Notes under the pieces: generated by a model
Seen by the model: only the letters and a program-made list of their open reading frames with translations
Told to the model about the DNA's origin: nothing
Database searches by the model: none
Translations under genes and position numbers: made by a program
In this document: in pieces, positions 56,398 through 64,000 of the stretch
Layout: the number at the start of each line of letters is the position of its first letter
How positions within the stretch are numbered: the stretch's first letter is position 1
IMG/VR virus record: IMGVR_UViG_3300007516_000014
Coordinates: 5,987-69,986 of that record
Strand: one strand, 5' to 3'
DNA length: 64,000 bases
Source of the DNA: a virus

Positions 56398-58782
56398 ATG
56401 ATGAGTGATGCCCCGGACAGCTACGGGGCGACCGCGTCGTACAAATACTCCAACGCGCTGGCCAAGAAGTTCTCGGCCCTGTCGCGCTACGGCGACCCCT
56501 ACATGCTCTATCGCAAGACGGGCGACGTCATTCATCTGCCGCGTGCCGTATGCCCGGTCGGGGTTAACGACAATCGCAGCGCAGGACAGGACGTAAAGTT
56601 CGACTGCAAGTTCACACCGCGCACCGCAGACCAGACGCAGTGGGTGCATAATTCCTCGGGCTTCCTGCTGGCCGGTCTGTCCGGTATCAGCCAAGCCTAT
56701 ACCGGCTTCGGCAAATGTTTAGCAAAAGGCACGCAGGTGCTTATGCACGATGGCCGCCGCGTAAATGTAGAGAATGTCGAAGTAGGAGACTATCTGATGG
56801 GGCCTGACGGAGAGCGCCGTACTGTCCTGTCCACAACTACGGGCGTAGGTCCCATGTACCGCGTCAGCCCGACGATGGGCGAGGATTTCGTGTGTAACGA
56901 CGTGCACGTATTGTCGCTCAAAAAAACTAATGTGGGCGACAATCCAACGCTTCAACGCTGCTCCGATATGGTTAACGTTCCATTGGACGAGTACCTGGGA
57001 TGGCCGTCTTGGAAGAAGCACATATACAAATTGTGGCGCACCGGAGTGGAGTGGGAGCCTAGAAATCTAGCGCCTATGATCGACCCGTACTTCATGGGGG
57101 TCCTGCTCGGCGATGGCAGCACGAAAGGTTCGATTGCCGTAACGACGGCTGACGACGAGATCGTTGCCGAGGTGCATAGGCAGGCGGCCCTGTGGGGTTT
57201 GAAGGTTCGCAAAGAGGATCAGGAAGACAGCAAGTCCAGCACTTACTATCTGTCTCAGTTGGAGGGCCACGCTGTAGGCGGTAACCGATTGCGTACCGCC
57301 GTACAGTCTCTAGGACTTGGAGCCGCCGCATGTGGCGACAAATTCATACCGTACAGGTATTTGACGGGCTCTCGCGAAGAACGCTTGCAGTTGTTAGCAG
57401 GACTGATCGACACGGATGGCACACATATCCGTACTTGTTTTGACTTCACAGTTAAGTCGAGGCGCCTGGCCGATGACGTAGCGTTCCTGGCCCGTAGTCT
57501 GGGTATGGCAGCTACCAGACAGACCAGGACCGGAGGCAAAGTTGCTCCGAACACCACATACCACCGCGTCGTCATATCCGGCAGCACTCACCAGGTGCCA
57601 ACTCGGCTAGTGCATAAGAAGGCACCAGTGCGCGTGCAGAAGAAAGACGTGCTGCGAACGGGGTTCAAAGTAGAGGCGTTAGGCGCCGGTGATTATTATG
57701 GCTTCGCGCTGGACGGCGACCACCTGTTTCTATTGGGCGACTTCACGGTGACGCACAACACCGCGTGCTCGATGCCCGTCATCGCGGCGGTCGCCAAGAA
57801 GACCCTGATCGTCTGCACCAAGGAAGACTTGATGCTGGATGACAAGCAGTGGCTTGGCTCGCTCAAGACCTTCCTGAACCTGACCGACAAGGACATCGGC
57901 GTCGTTCGCCAGGATCGCTGCGATGTGGCGGGTAAGAAGGTGGTCATCGGCCTCGTTCATTCGCTCTCCATCGAAGGCCGTTATCCGCCCGGTACGTTTG
58001 ACGATTTCGGCCTGATCGTGTGGGATGAAGTCCATCGTGTAGCGGCGGACACGTTCAGCAACACGGCATTTCTGTTCCGGGCCAAGCTGCGATGGGGCCT
58101 GTCCGCCACCGTGGAGCGGTCGGACGGTAAGGAGATCATCCTCCACGCCAACATAGGGCCGACTCGCGTCAAGTCGCAGCCGCTCGTCATCAAGCCGAAG
58201 GTGCTGCACTTCACGTCCAACTGGCACTGTCCGCGCGTGTTGCGGGTCGATCCCAACACCGGGGAGCAGAAGGTGGTGCGCCTGCCGCATTCGCCGGGGC
58301 GCGTGACGCATATCATCCAGTCGTTGGCCAAGGACATTTCCCGCAACGACCTGATCTGCAAGGCGACGATGATGGCGTACCAGAAGAAGCGCAGCATCGT
58401 GGTGTTCACCGAGCTGCTCGATCACATCGAGACGCTCCGGATGGCCTTGAAGAACATGGGCGTGCCATGGGGAGACATGGGTGTCTATGTCGGGGGTATG
58501 AAGGCCAAGGCCAGGGACGAGGCAACGGTCAAGCCTATCACCCTGACCACCTACCGCATGACATCAGAAGGGACGAACTGTCCTTGGTGGTCATGCGCGG
58601 TCTTCGCCACGCCACGAGGAGACGTCGTGCAGATCGCCGGTCGTGTCCTGCGTGAATACCCCGACAAGCCGCAGCCTATCCTCATCGACATAACGGACCT
58701 GGATAGCCCGGTGTTTGCCGGTTACTCGAAGTCTCGACGCAACTGGTATCGCTCAGTCGGAGCTGACCAGGTTCAGCTTTGA
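56398..58782 (+). CDS. Superfamily 2 helicase (intein-containing); start possibly CTG 56377
   Basis: TGFGK|T, DEVH, GLSAT, SEG, QIAGRVLR. Confidence 0.9.
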   Translation: MMSDAPDSYGATASYKYSNALAKKFSALSRYGDPYMLYRKTGDVIHLPRAVCPVGVNDNRSAGQDVKFDCKFTPRTADQTQWVHNSSGFLLAGLSGISQAYTGFGKCLAKGTQVLMHDGRRVNVENVEVGDYLMGPDGERRTVLSTTTGVGPMYRVSPTMGEDFVCNDVHVLSLKKTNVGDNPTLQRCSDMVNVPLDEYLGWPSWKKHIYKLWRTGVEWEPRNLAPMIDPYFMGVLLGDGSTKGSIAVTTADDEIVAEVHRQAALWGLKVRKEDQEDSKSSTYYLSQLEGHAVGGNRLRTAVQSLGLGAAACGDKFIPYRYLTGSREERLQLLAGLIDTDGTHIRTCFDFTVKSRRLADDVAFLARSLGMAATRQTRTGGKVAPNTTYHRVVISGSTHQVPTRLVHKKAPVRVQKKDVLRTGFKVEALGAGDYYGFALDGDHLFLLGDFTVTHNTACSMPVIAAVAKKTLIVCTKEDLMLDDKQWLGSLKTFLNLTDKDIGVVRQDRCDVAGKKVVIGLVHSLSIEGRYPPGTFDDFGLIVWDEVHRVAADTFSNTAFLFRAKLRWGLSATVERSDGKEIILHANIGPTRVKSQPLVIKPKVLHFTSNWHCPRVLRVDPNTGEQKVVRLPHSPGRVTHIIQSLAKDISRNDLICKATMMAYQKKRSIVVFTELLDHIETLRMALKNMGVPWGDMGVYVGGMKAKARDEATVKPITLTTYRMTSEGTNCPWWSCAVFATPRGDVVQIAGRVLREYPDKPQPILIDITDLDSPVFAGYSKSRRNWYRSVGADQVQL
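56716..57759 (+). mobile_element. Class 1 intein with LAGLIDADG endonuclease, 348 aa
   Basis: CLAKGTQVLMHDG...GVLLGDG...LAGLIDTDG...YYGF...VTHN|T. Confidence 0.95.
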
Positions 58783-58843
58783 ATTCAAATTGCCTTCTGC
58801 TCGCAACCGAGTAGAAGGAACTGTTCGCATCAAGGAGGATGGC

Positions 58844-59251
58844 ATGGAACCCGATGGTATCGATCAGCTGAAAGAGTATCTGACCAAGCCCGAAGTCGAT
58901 GTCGACTTCGTGCATGCCACGGCGACCCACGCGGCCAAGAAGAAGCCCGTCAGCATCGTCAAGAAGCAGGCAACCGCCAAGCTCACGGTCAAGAAGATCG
59001 ACGGCACCGAGGAGACGGTGGAGGAAGCCGTGGGTAAGCCGCAGTTCTTCGACTCGCCGCCCTGCACCGTGTCCATCGGCGCTCGTCTGAAGATCGGCAT
59101 GCCCAACTACAGCAGCGCCGAGTGCAGCGTGTCCTTGTCCGTGCCGTGCTCCGCCACCGAGATCGATGACGTGGCCGACTTCGCCGGGAACTGGGTCGAC
59201 AAGCGCATGGCAGACGCCGCCGAGAAGCTCAACGCAGCGAAGGGAAGCTGA
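58844..59251 (+). CDS. Hypothetical protein
   Basis: Hairpin CATC-AAGGAG-GATG places the start at 58844. Confidence 0.75.
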   Translation: MEPDGIDQLKEYLTKPEVDVDFVHATATHAAKKKPVSIVKKQATAKLTVKKIDGTEETVEEAVGKPQFFDSPPCTVSIGARLKIGMPNYSSAECSVSLSVPCSATEIDDVADFAGNWVDKRMADAAEKLNAAKGS

Positions 59252-60309
59252 TGGCTACGGTCCAGGCCGTCCTCAACGCCTTCAAGAAGAACCTTGGCGC
59301 TTCGATTGGCGACTACGGGACGAAGTTGCACGAGACCGAACGTATTCCGACAGGCATCTTCGCCTTCGATCTGGCATCGGGTGGCGGATTTCCGCGTGGG
59401 AAAGTGGTCGAGGTGTTTGGTCCGGAGTCGTCTGGCAAGACCAACCTGATGCTCAAGACCGTCGCGGCGCATCAGATGCTGTACCCCGATGAGACCTGCG
59501 TGTTCATCGATCTGGAGCACGCACTCGACGGCCAGTGGGCCAAACTCCTGGGCGTCGACACCGACAGACTGCTCTGGATGAAGCCCGAGTACGTCGAACA
59601 GACCATCGACATGGTTGAGGCGTTCCTGGCTACGTCGGATTGTGGCTTGATCGTGCTGGACAGTCTGGCCGCCATGATCACGTTCAACGAGGCCAATTCA
59701 GAGGCCTCCAAAGCGGCGGTAGGCCTGGTGTCAGGTCCGGTCGGCAAGCTGGTTCGCAAGATCACGCTCCGTCTGAACCAGGCACAGAAGGAGGGCCGCT
59801 TCCCGACCGTCCTGATGGTCAATCAGGTCCGGTTCGCCATCGGTGGCCCGCTCCATGCTGATCCCGAGAAGACGCCCGGAGGCAACGCGCCAAAGTTCGC
59901 AGCGGCGATGCGTGTCCGGACCTACGGCAAGAACATCATGGAGTCGAAGATTTCGACGACCATGCCGGTTCTGAAGGAGACGCAGTTCATCATCCGCAAA
60001 TGGAAGGTGCCCATTCTGTCGGCCAACGGCATGTACCAGATGGCCGCGATCCCACACGCCGGTCTGAACGTGGGCGAATGCTCCGACGTCAACACGGTGA
60101 TCGGCTACATGAAGAAGTGTGGCGTCCTGATCAAAGGCGACAAGCCAGGCGTGTGGAACTGTCTCGGAGATACGTACAAGACGCTGGAGCCGATCAAGGA
60201 GAAGCTCGTGGTCGACAAGGTATGGGGCCTCGCCGTCCGGGCCAACGTCATCAAGACCATGCTCGCAGGTGGTGAGATCGCGCCGCAGGACGAGGGAGAA
60301 GCCGATTGA
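59251..60309 (+). CDS. recA: RecA-like recombinase
   Basis: IPTG, EVFGPESSGKT, FIDLEHALD, VLDSLAA, NQVR, TPGGNA.KF. Confidence 0.93.
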   Translation: MATVQAVLNAFKKNLGASIGDYGTKLHETERIPTGIFAFDLASGGGFPRGKVVEVFGPESSGKTNLMLKTVAAHQMLYPDETCVFIDLEHALDGQWAKLLGVDTDRLLWMKPEYVEQTIDMVEAFLATSDCGLIVLDSLAAMITFNEANSEASKAAVGLVSGPVGKLVRKITLRLNQAQKEGRFPTVLMVNQVRFAIGGPLHADPEKTPGGNAPKFAAAMRVRTYGKNIMESKISTTMPVLKETQFIIRKWKVPILSANGMYQMAAIPHAGLNVGECSDVNTVIGYMKKCGVLIKGDKPGVWNCLGDTYKTLEPIKEKLVVDKVWGLAVRANVIKTMLAGGEIAPQDEGEAD

Positions 60310-60662
60310 GCAACCCATACCTGGATAGAAAGCCGCGCATCGGCGATCACGGTCGCAAAAGCGAGAAGCGGGTGGCGAAGAAGTTCGGAGCCTCGATGGT
60401 TTCGGCCTCCGGTGCCACCCGCGCCAAAGGAGACATGACGCTCGGTCAATTCCTGATCGAGAGCAAGTCCACGAGCCACAACAGCATGAGTGTGCAATTC
60501 GCATGGTTAGCAAAGATCGAAAAAGAGGCGCTGGCCGTGGGGAAGACACCGGCGCTGACCGTATCGTTCCTTCTGCCGGGAGGATCGGACGTTCCCGGCG
60601 GGCGCTGGGTGATGATGCCGGAGGACACGTTCCAAGAACTGGTAAATTCCGAGGGCGAGTAG
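60306..60662 (+). CDS. PD-(D/E)xK Holliday junction resolvase-like nuclease
   Basis: E..VAK, SGA...KGD, LIESKST. Confidence 0.75.
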   Translation: MSNPYLDRKPRIGDHGRKSEKRVAKKFGASMVSASGATRAKGDMTLGQFLIESKSTSHNSMSVQFAWLAKIEKEALAVGKTPALTVSFLLPGGSDVPGGRWVMMPEDTFQELVNSEGE

Positions 60663-60883
60663 AAGGCCGCGCCCTCGATCCGCTCGTCCGAGCCATTCTG
60701 ATCGAGATCGATGACGCCGGCATGTCCATGGAGTCGGTCTGTCACAAGGCAGGCCTGGGCAAAGGCACGATAGGAATGTGGGCCAGGGCCAAGCGGGTGC
60801 CAAACATCGGCAACATGCGAGCGGTGCTCGGGGCGCTGGGCTTCATGCTCGTTGCCATAAAGCCAGCGAAGGAGATTGGTTGA
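60659..60883 (+). CDS. XRE/Cro-like HTH protein (start not resolved)
   Basis: GMSMESVCHKAGLGKGTIGMW...PNIGNMRAVLGALG; no canonical start codon near the apparent N-terminus. Confidence 0.65.
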   Translation, partial: VEGRALDPLVRAILIEIDDAGMSMESVCHKAGLGKGTIGMWARAKRVPNIGNMRAVLGALGFMLVAIKPAKEIG

Positions 60884-61791
60884 TGGCCGGGTTCCAGTTC
60901 ATCACGAACCAGATGAAGAAGCATCAAGCCAAGGGCACGAAGTACGCTCTACACAAGATGCTGCGCGGTTGGCGGCCTGGTCGCGCGCACAAAAGCGTCC
61001 ACGCTTCAGCGGTGACCAAAGGCGGCACTGGCGAGTTCTGCGCCCGCGAGTACGCGATCAGGGACAAGGAGCCGCACAAGGTCCCCGACGAGTTCCTGGA
61101 TACGTCACATAGGCTCACGTTTGCCATCGGTCACTACGTACAGGACCAGGTGATCAACTGGCTGTCAGATGGCAATTACGCCATCACCAACTGGGTGTGC
61201 CAGTCGTGCAAGACGTTGCATGAGCGGTGCAAGCGCCCGTCAAAATGCCACGCGTGTGGCTGCGGAGCGTTCAAGGCCGACGAGATCAGGCTGATAAGCG
61301 CGGTGTCCGGTATTGGCGGTGGCATCGACGTGTTTGCCCAGCTGGGCGAGCCGAAGCTCCGTATCGTCGAAATCAAGACGATGGCGCCCGATGAGTTCAA
61401 GAAGCTGGTAGCGCCGCTAGCGGAGCACCGTCTCCGGACCAATCTGTACATGAGGATAGCCGCCGAGAGTGATGATCCGTGGAAGACGCGTATCAACGTC
61501 GATCAGGCGTACGTCCTGTACTGTTCGAAGGGTGGCTTCGGGACGCTCGATACGAACCTCAAGGAGATGGGGATCGACGACAAGTTCTCGCCCTTCAAGG
61601 AGTTCCTGATCGACCGCGACGACACGCAGACCGAGATGCTTCACCAGCGGGCGGTACGGCTGAAGGAATTCCGGGAGAAGTCGAAAGGTATGCCTGCGGG
61701 GCTTTGCCCGACCGCGTTTACCAAGCGGGCACAAAGCTGTATCGTCACGAGTGCTTGTTTCTCAGGGAAGTATCCAGCCAAGGAGGACTGA
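60883..61791 (+). CDS. Cas4/RecB-like exonuclease with Zn-ribbon insert
   Basis: HAS...CAR, GGID, VEIKT, LYM, C-terminal C...C...C; CQSC..C..CHAC insert. Confidence 0.8.
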   Translation: MAGFQFITNQMKKHQAKGTKYALHKMLRGWRPGRAHKSVHASAVTKGGTGEFCAREYAIRDKEPHKVPDEFLDTSHRLTFAIGHYVQDQVINWLSDGNYAITNWVCQSCKTLHERCKRPSKCHACGCGAFKADEIRLISAVSGIGGGIDVFAQLGEPKLRIVEIKTMAPDEFKKLVAPLAEHRLRTNLYMRIAAESDDPWKTRINVDQAYVLYCSKGGFGTLDTNLKEMGIDDKFSPFKEFLIDRDDTQTEMLHQRAVRLKEFREKSKGMPAGLCPTAFTKRAQSCIVTSACFSGKYPAKED

Positions 61792-61792
61792 C

Positions 61793-62050
61793 ATGAAGAT
61801 TATTACGTTCCATACCGAGAACGGTAAGCGTATCGCCACCGAGTCATAAGTTCCGGACGATTACTTCGCTAATCACGCGTATTTCGACGATGAGACGCGC
61901 GAGTACGTGTTCGAAGACGGCACTCGCATGAAGGGGATTAGGATGCGGTACGCAGCAGATTTGAGTTTTCGATGTTCGTTGTTCATTGTGTCGGTGGGGT
62001 CCAGCCTGATCTTCGTCGCGTGGTTGGTGAAGGCGCTCCTCGTAAACTAG
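61793..62050 (+). pseudogene. Small ORF interrupted by one in-frame TAA (61847)
   Basis: SD hairpin and ATG; MKIITFHTENGKRIATES*VPDDYF... continues in frame to TAG 62050. Confidence 0.4.
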
Positions 62051-62092
62051 TTTTTGTGCAATCAGTTGCACAGCCTGTCCAAGGAGGGACGC

Positions 62093-62356
62093 ATGGCCAT
62101 CACGACAATACCGGACCAATTCGACATCGACGACGGCCACCGCTCTAGCACTCGGAGCACCTCGTCCCATGGAGCGGCGTTCAAACGCCAGGGTGCGTCG
62201 GTTCTCAAGGCCAGGGCCGCCCAAAGACGGTTGATGCAGGTGCCGCTCCTGTCCAGAGACGAAGAACTGGACGCCATCGAGAAGTACAAAGCCAAGCACG
62301 GCGTCGTGCGGTGCCCCACGGCGTTCGTTCTGCCTTCGCAGATGAGCAGCAAGTGA
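62093..62356 (+). CDS. Hypothetical protein
   Basis: Hairpin GTCC-AAGGAG-GGAC before ATG 62093. Confidence 0.65.
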   Translation: MAITTIPDQFDIDDGHRSSTRSTSSHGAAFKRQGASVLKARAAQRRLMQVPLLSRDEELDAIEKYKAKHGVVRCPTAFVLPSQMSSK

Positions 62357-62883
62357 GGTGCCTTGGCCTCGACATCAGCGTCACCCGCACCGGCTTGGCA
62401 GTATGCTCCGTCGAGGATGACAAGCTGACGCTGGAGCACAACGACAGCATCAAGGTCCCGGAGAAGAAGGGTATCAACAGGGCGCACAAGATAGCCGCGA
62501 GGGTAGCCGATGCGATCATCCGATATGAACCCAACATCGTCTCGATTGAAGGTTACGCGTTCGGCAATCGCTTCAGCCTTGCCACGCTCGTCGAGGTGGG
62601 TACGTTGGTGCGTTGGGCAGTATTTTCGTCGGGCCTGTTCTACATCGACCCGTCGCCCAAAAGTTTGAAGAAGTTCGTCACGACCAGTGGCAACGCCGAC
62701 AAGAAGATGATGATGGCACACGTTCTGAAGAACTGGGGCATCAAAGCCAGCAACCATGATGAGGCAGACGCGATTGGTCTGGCAGCCATGGGACTCGCTT
62801 ACACTCGCGCGCTGAAGGTTGCCGGGTGGAGGCGGGATATATTAATGAGCTGCAAGAAACATTCTCTTGCAACACGAGATTAA
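62353..62883 (+). CDS. ruvC: RuvC-like Holliday junction resolvase
   Basis: LGLDIS..TG, IEGY, P..LKKFVT.SGNADK, HDEADA. Confidence 0.88.
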   Translation: MRCLGLDISVTRTGLAVCSVEDDKLTLEHNDSIKVPEKKGINRAHKIAARVADAIIRYEPNIVSIEGYAFGNRFSLATLVEVGTLVRWAVFSSGLFYIDPSPKSLKKFVTTSGNADKKMMMAHVLKNWGIKASNHDEADAIGLAAMGLAYTRALKVAGWRRDILMSCKKHSLATRD

Positions 62884-62930
62884 CAGCGTAGAACAGTTGC
62901 ACAGATTTAACGGTCAAGGAGGACCACTCG

Positions 62931-63932
62931 ATGTCTGGATCACCGACGCTAGCCCTGCTCAAGGGTTCCATTCCAAACCAGTCTGCCATCGTCCATGATG
63001 CCGAGGGCAACGCCGCAGAGGACATGTTGCCGCCGATGGGCGACCTCGGCGAGTGGTCAATGCCGGCCGCCAAGAAGGCCAAGAAGATCACCAAGGACAA
63101 GAACAGCCTGATCGTCCCGACGACGACGTCGAGCGGTGAAGTTCTCGGTCCTGATTTGCTGGCCACGACGGCCCACGAGATCGAGAACCTGACCGAGACC
63201 GAAGCTAACGCCATGATCGGCGATCTCACCGACACGTCGGACTTCAATGCCTTCAAGCTGGGCGGCGTGCTCGCCCGCGTGAACGCGAACAACTGGTTCG
63301 GCGAGTTCGAAGACTTCAAGTCCTACGTCCAGGGCAAGCATGGCTTCGCGCTCCGCAAGGCGTTCTATCTCGTCTCGATCTACGAGAGCGTCATCGAGCT
63401 GGGTCTGACTTGGGCAGACCTCAAGCCTGTCGGCTGGTCGAAGCTCAAGGAGCTGGTCGGCGTGATCAATCAGGAGAACGCGCAGGACTGGCTGACCAAG
63501 GCCGCGCAGGACGGCATGACCGTCATGAAGCTCCACGCTCTGGTGCAGGCGGCCAAGGGCGAGGCCCAGCCGCAGATCGAAGGTGAGTCGACCAAGACCA
63601 TCAACAAAACCTTCAAGCTCCACCAGGACCAGAACGAGACGATCACTGCGGCGCTCGACAAGGCGATGAAGGTCGCCAACACCGATGTCCCGTCTGTCGC
63701 GCTGGAGTACATGGCGCTCGATTATCTCGGCAACTCCGAGGTAGTCGCCAGTGCGGAAGGCCAGATCGACCAGCATCCGAAGGTCGATCTGAACATGGAC
63801 GTCACAGTGAACGACGCCAGCACGGAATGGTTCAAGGCGTACATGGTCAAGCTCGGTTGGGAGGGGACGCTGGGCGTCTTCGAGGAGAATTTCCCGAACC
63901 TCAACCTGACGGTAGAAGCACCTGCTGCTTAG
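62931..63932 (+). CDS. Hypothetical protein, possibly DNA-binding
   Basis: SD hairpin; FKLGG.L, F..F..Y, GWSKL pattern; biased codons. Confidence 0.75.
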   Translation: MSGSPTLALLKGSIPNQSAIVHDAEGNAAEDMLPPMGDLGEWSMPAAKKAKKITKDKNSLIVPTTTSSGEVLGPDLLATTAHEIENLTETEANAMIGDLTDTSDFNAFKLGGVLARVNANNWFGEFEDFKSYVQGKHGFALRKAFYLVSIYESVIELGLTWADLKPVGWSKLKELVGVINQENAQDWLTKAAQDGMTVMKLHALVQAAKGEAQPQIEGESTKTINKTFKLHQDQNETITAALDKAMKVANTDVPSVALEYMALDYLGNSEVVASAEGQIDQHPKVDLNMDVTVNDASTEWFKAYMVKLGWEGTLGVFEENFPNLNLTVEAPAA

Positions 63933-64000
63933 GCGTCAGCGTGGTCTTGCATCCCGTAAGGGGCGCGTTCGCCACGAAATCCCGTACACCAAAGGCAGGA

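Larger units (their letters stand above)
1015..62071. repeat. Dispersed 16-bp quasi-palindrome GTGCAATCARTTGCAC, 21 copies
   Basis: Copies start at 1015, 5227, 5936, 9624, 12009, 14030, 16133, 18529, 21355, 24275, 28743, 32853, 33588, 38019, 44670, 46540, 46621, 50325, 53884, 56336, 62056, with 0-2 mismatches; 15 forward and 6 reverse. Confidence 0.95.
4416..62894 (+). promoter_or_regulatory. Family of putative sigma70-type promoters (TTG-like -35, 16-17 nt spacer, weak -10)
   Basis: -35 boxes at 4416, 7413, 7976, 10044, 14051, 20693, 47595, 48827, 53303, 55382, 58790, 62867, each at a gene junction shortly before an SD hairpin. 53303 and 62867 share TCTTGCA...AGCGTAGAACA. Confidence 0.5.
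284..62925 (+). promoter_or_regulatory. Dispersed family of about 29 SD hairpins with C-ANGGAG-G hexaloop (CsrA/RsmE-type sites)
   Basis: Hairpins start at 284, 1205, 3766, 4453, 4691, 7450, 8019, 10080, 11451, 14098, 17092, 17979, 20732, 23006, 24095, 34440, 36210, 43052, 46641, 47631, 48878, 49938, 53338, 55454, 56360, 58828, 61775, 62076, 62912. Stems are 4-6 bp, differ in sequence and stay complementary. All but 11451 sit directly before a start codon (CTG at 56377 in one case). Confidence 0.85.

Noticed and set aside
1015-62071. Palindrome copies as a CRISPR array or REP/IS ends
   Set aside because: Copies are kilobases apart with no spacer periodicity, and no cas operon or transposase is present. 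The Cas4-like gene sits in a recombination cluster.
1-64000. tRNA/rRNA genes, integrase, host chromosomal genes
   Set aside because: None recognised by eye and intergenic gaps are short. A tRNAscan-SE/Infernal run would be needed to exclude small RNAs.

Overview
The window is 64 kb of a GC-rich siphovirus-type dsDNA phage genome, with every credible gene on the + strand. Gene order: DNA-modification/ParB/terminase block, accessory block (truncated PPDK-like dikinase, CsrA-like protein, two CX5R phosphatases), family A DNA polymerase, portal/lysis/head genes, lambda-like tail module, then nucleotide metabolism, replication (initiator with iterons, DnaB and SF2 helicases each carrying an intein, primase, SSB) and recombination. 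Spanins indicate a Gram-negative host; an Alphaproteobacterium is suggested only by inference. Two genome-wide signals stand out. (1) About 29 short hairpins with co-varying stems present the Shine-Dalgarno sequence in a C-ANGGAG-G hexaloop, which matches the CsrA/RsmE binding consensus, and the phage encodes an apparent single-chain tandem CsrA-like protein. This suggests a phage-wide translational regulon. (2) A 16-bp quasi-palindrome, GTGCAATCARTTGCAC, occurs 21 times (about every 3 kb), inside and between genes, in a genome encoding a ParB-like protein. Four small head-region ORFs also share an N-terminal MSx[FY]TR leader, possibly a capsid-targeting signal. All calls were made by eye and no searches were run.
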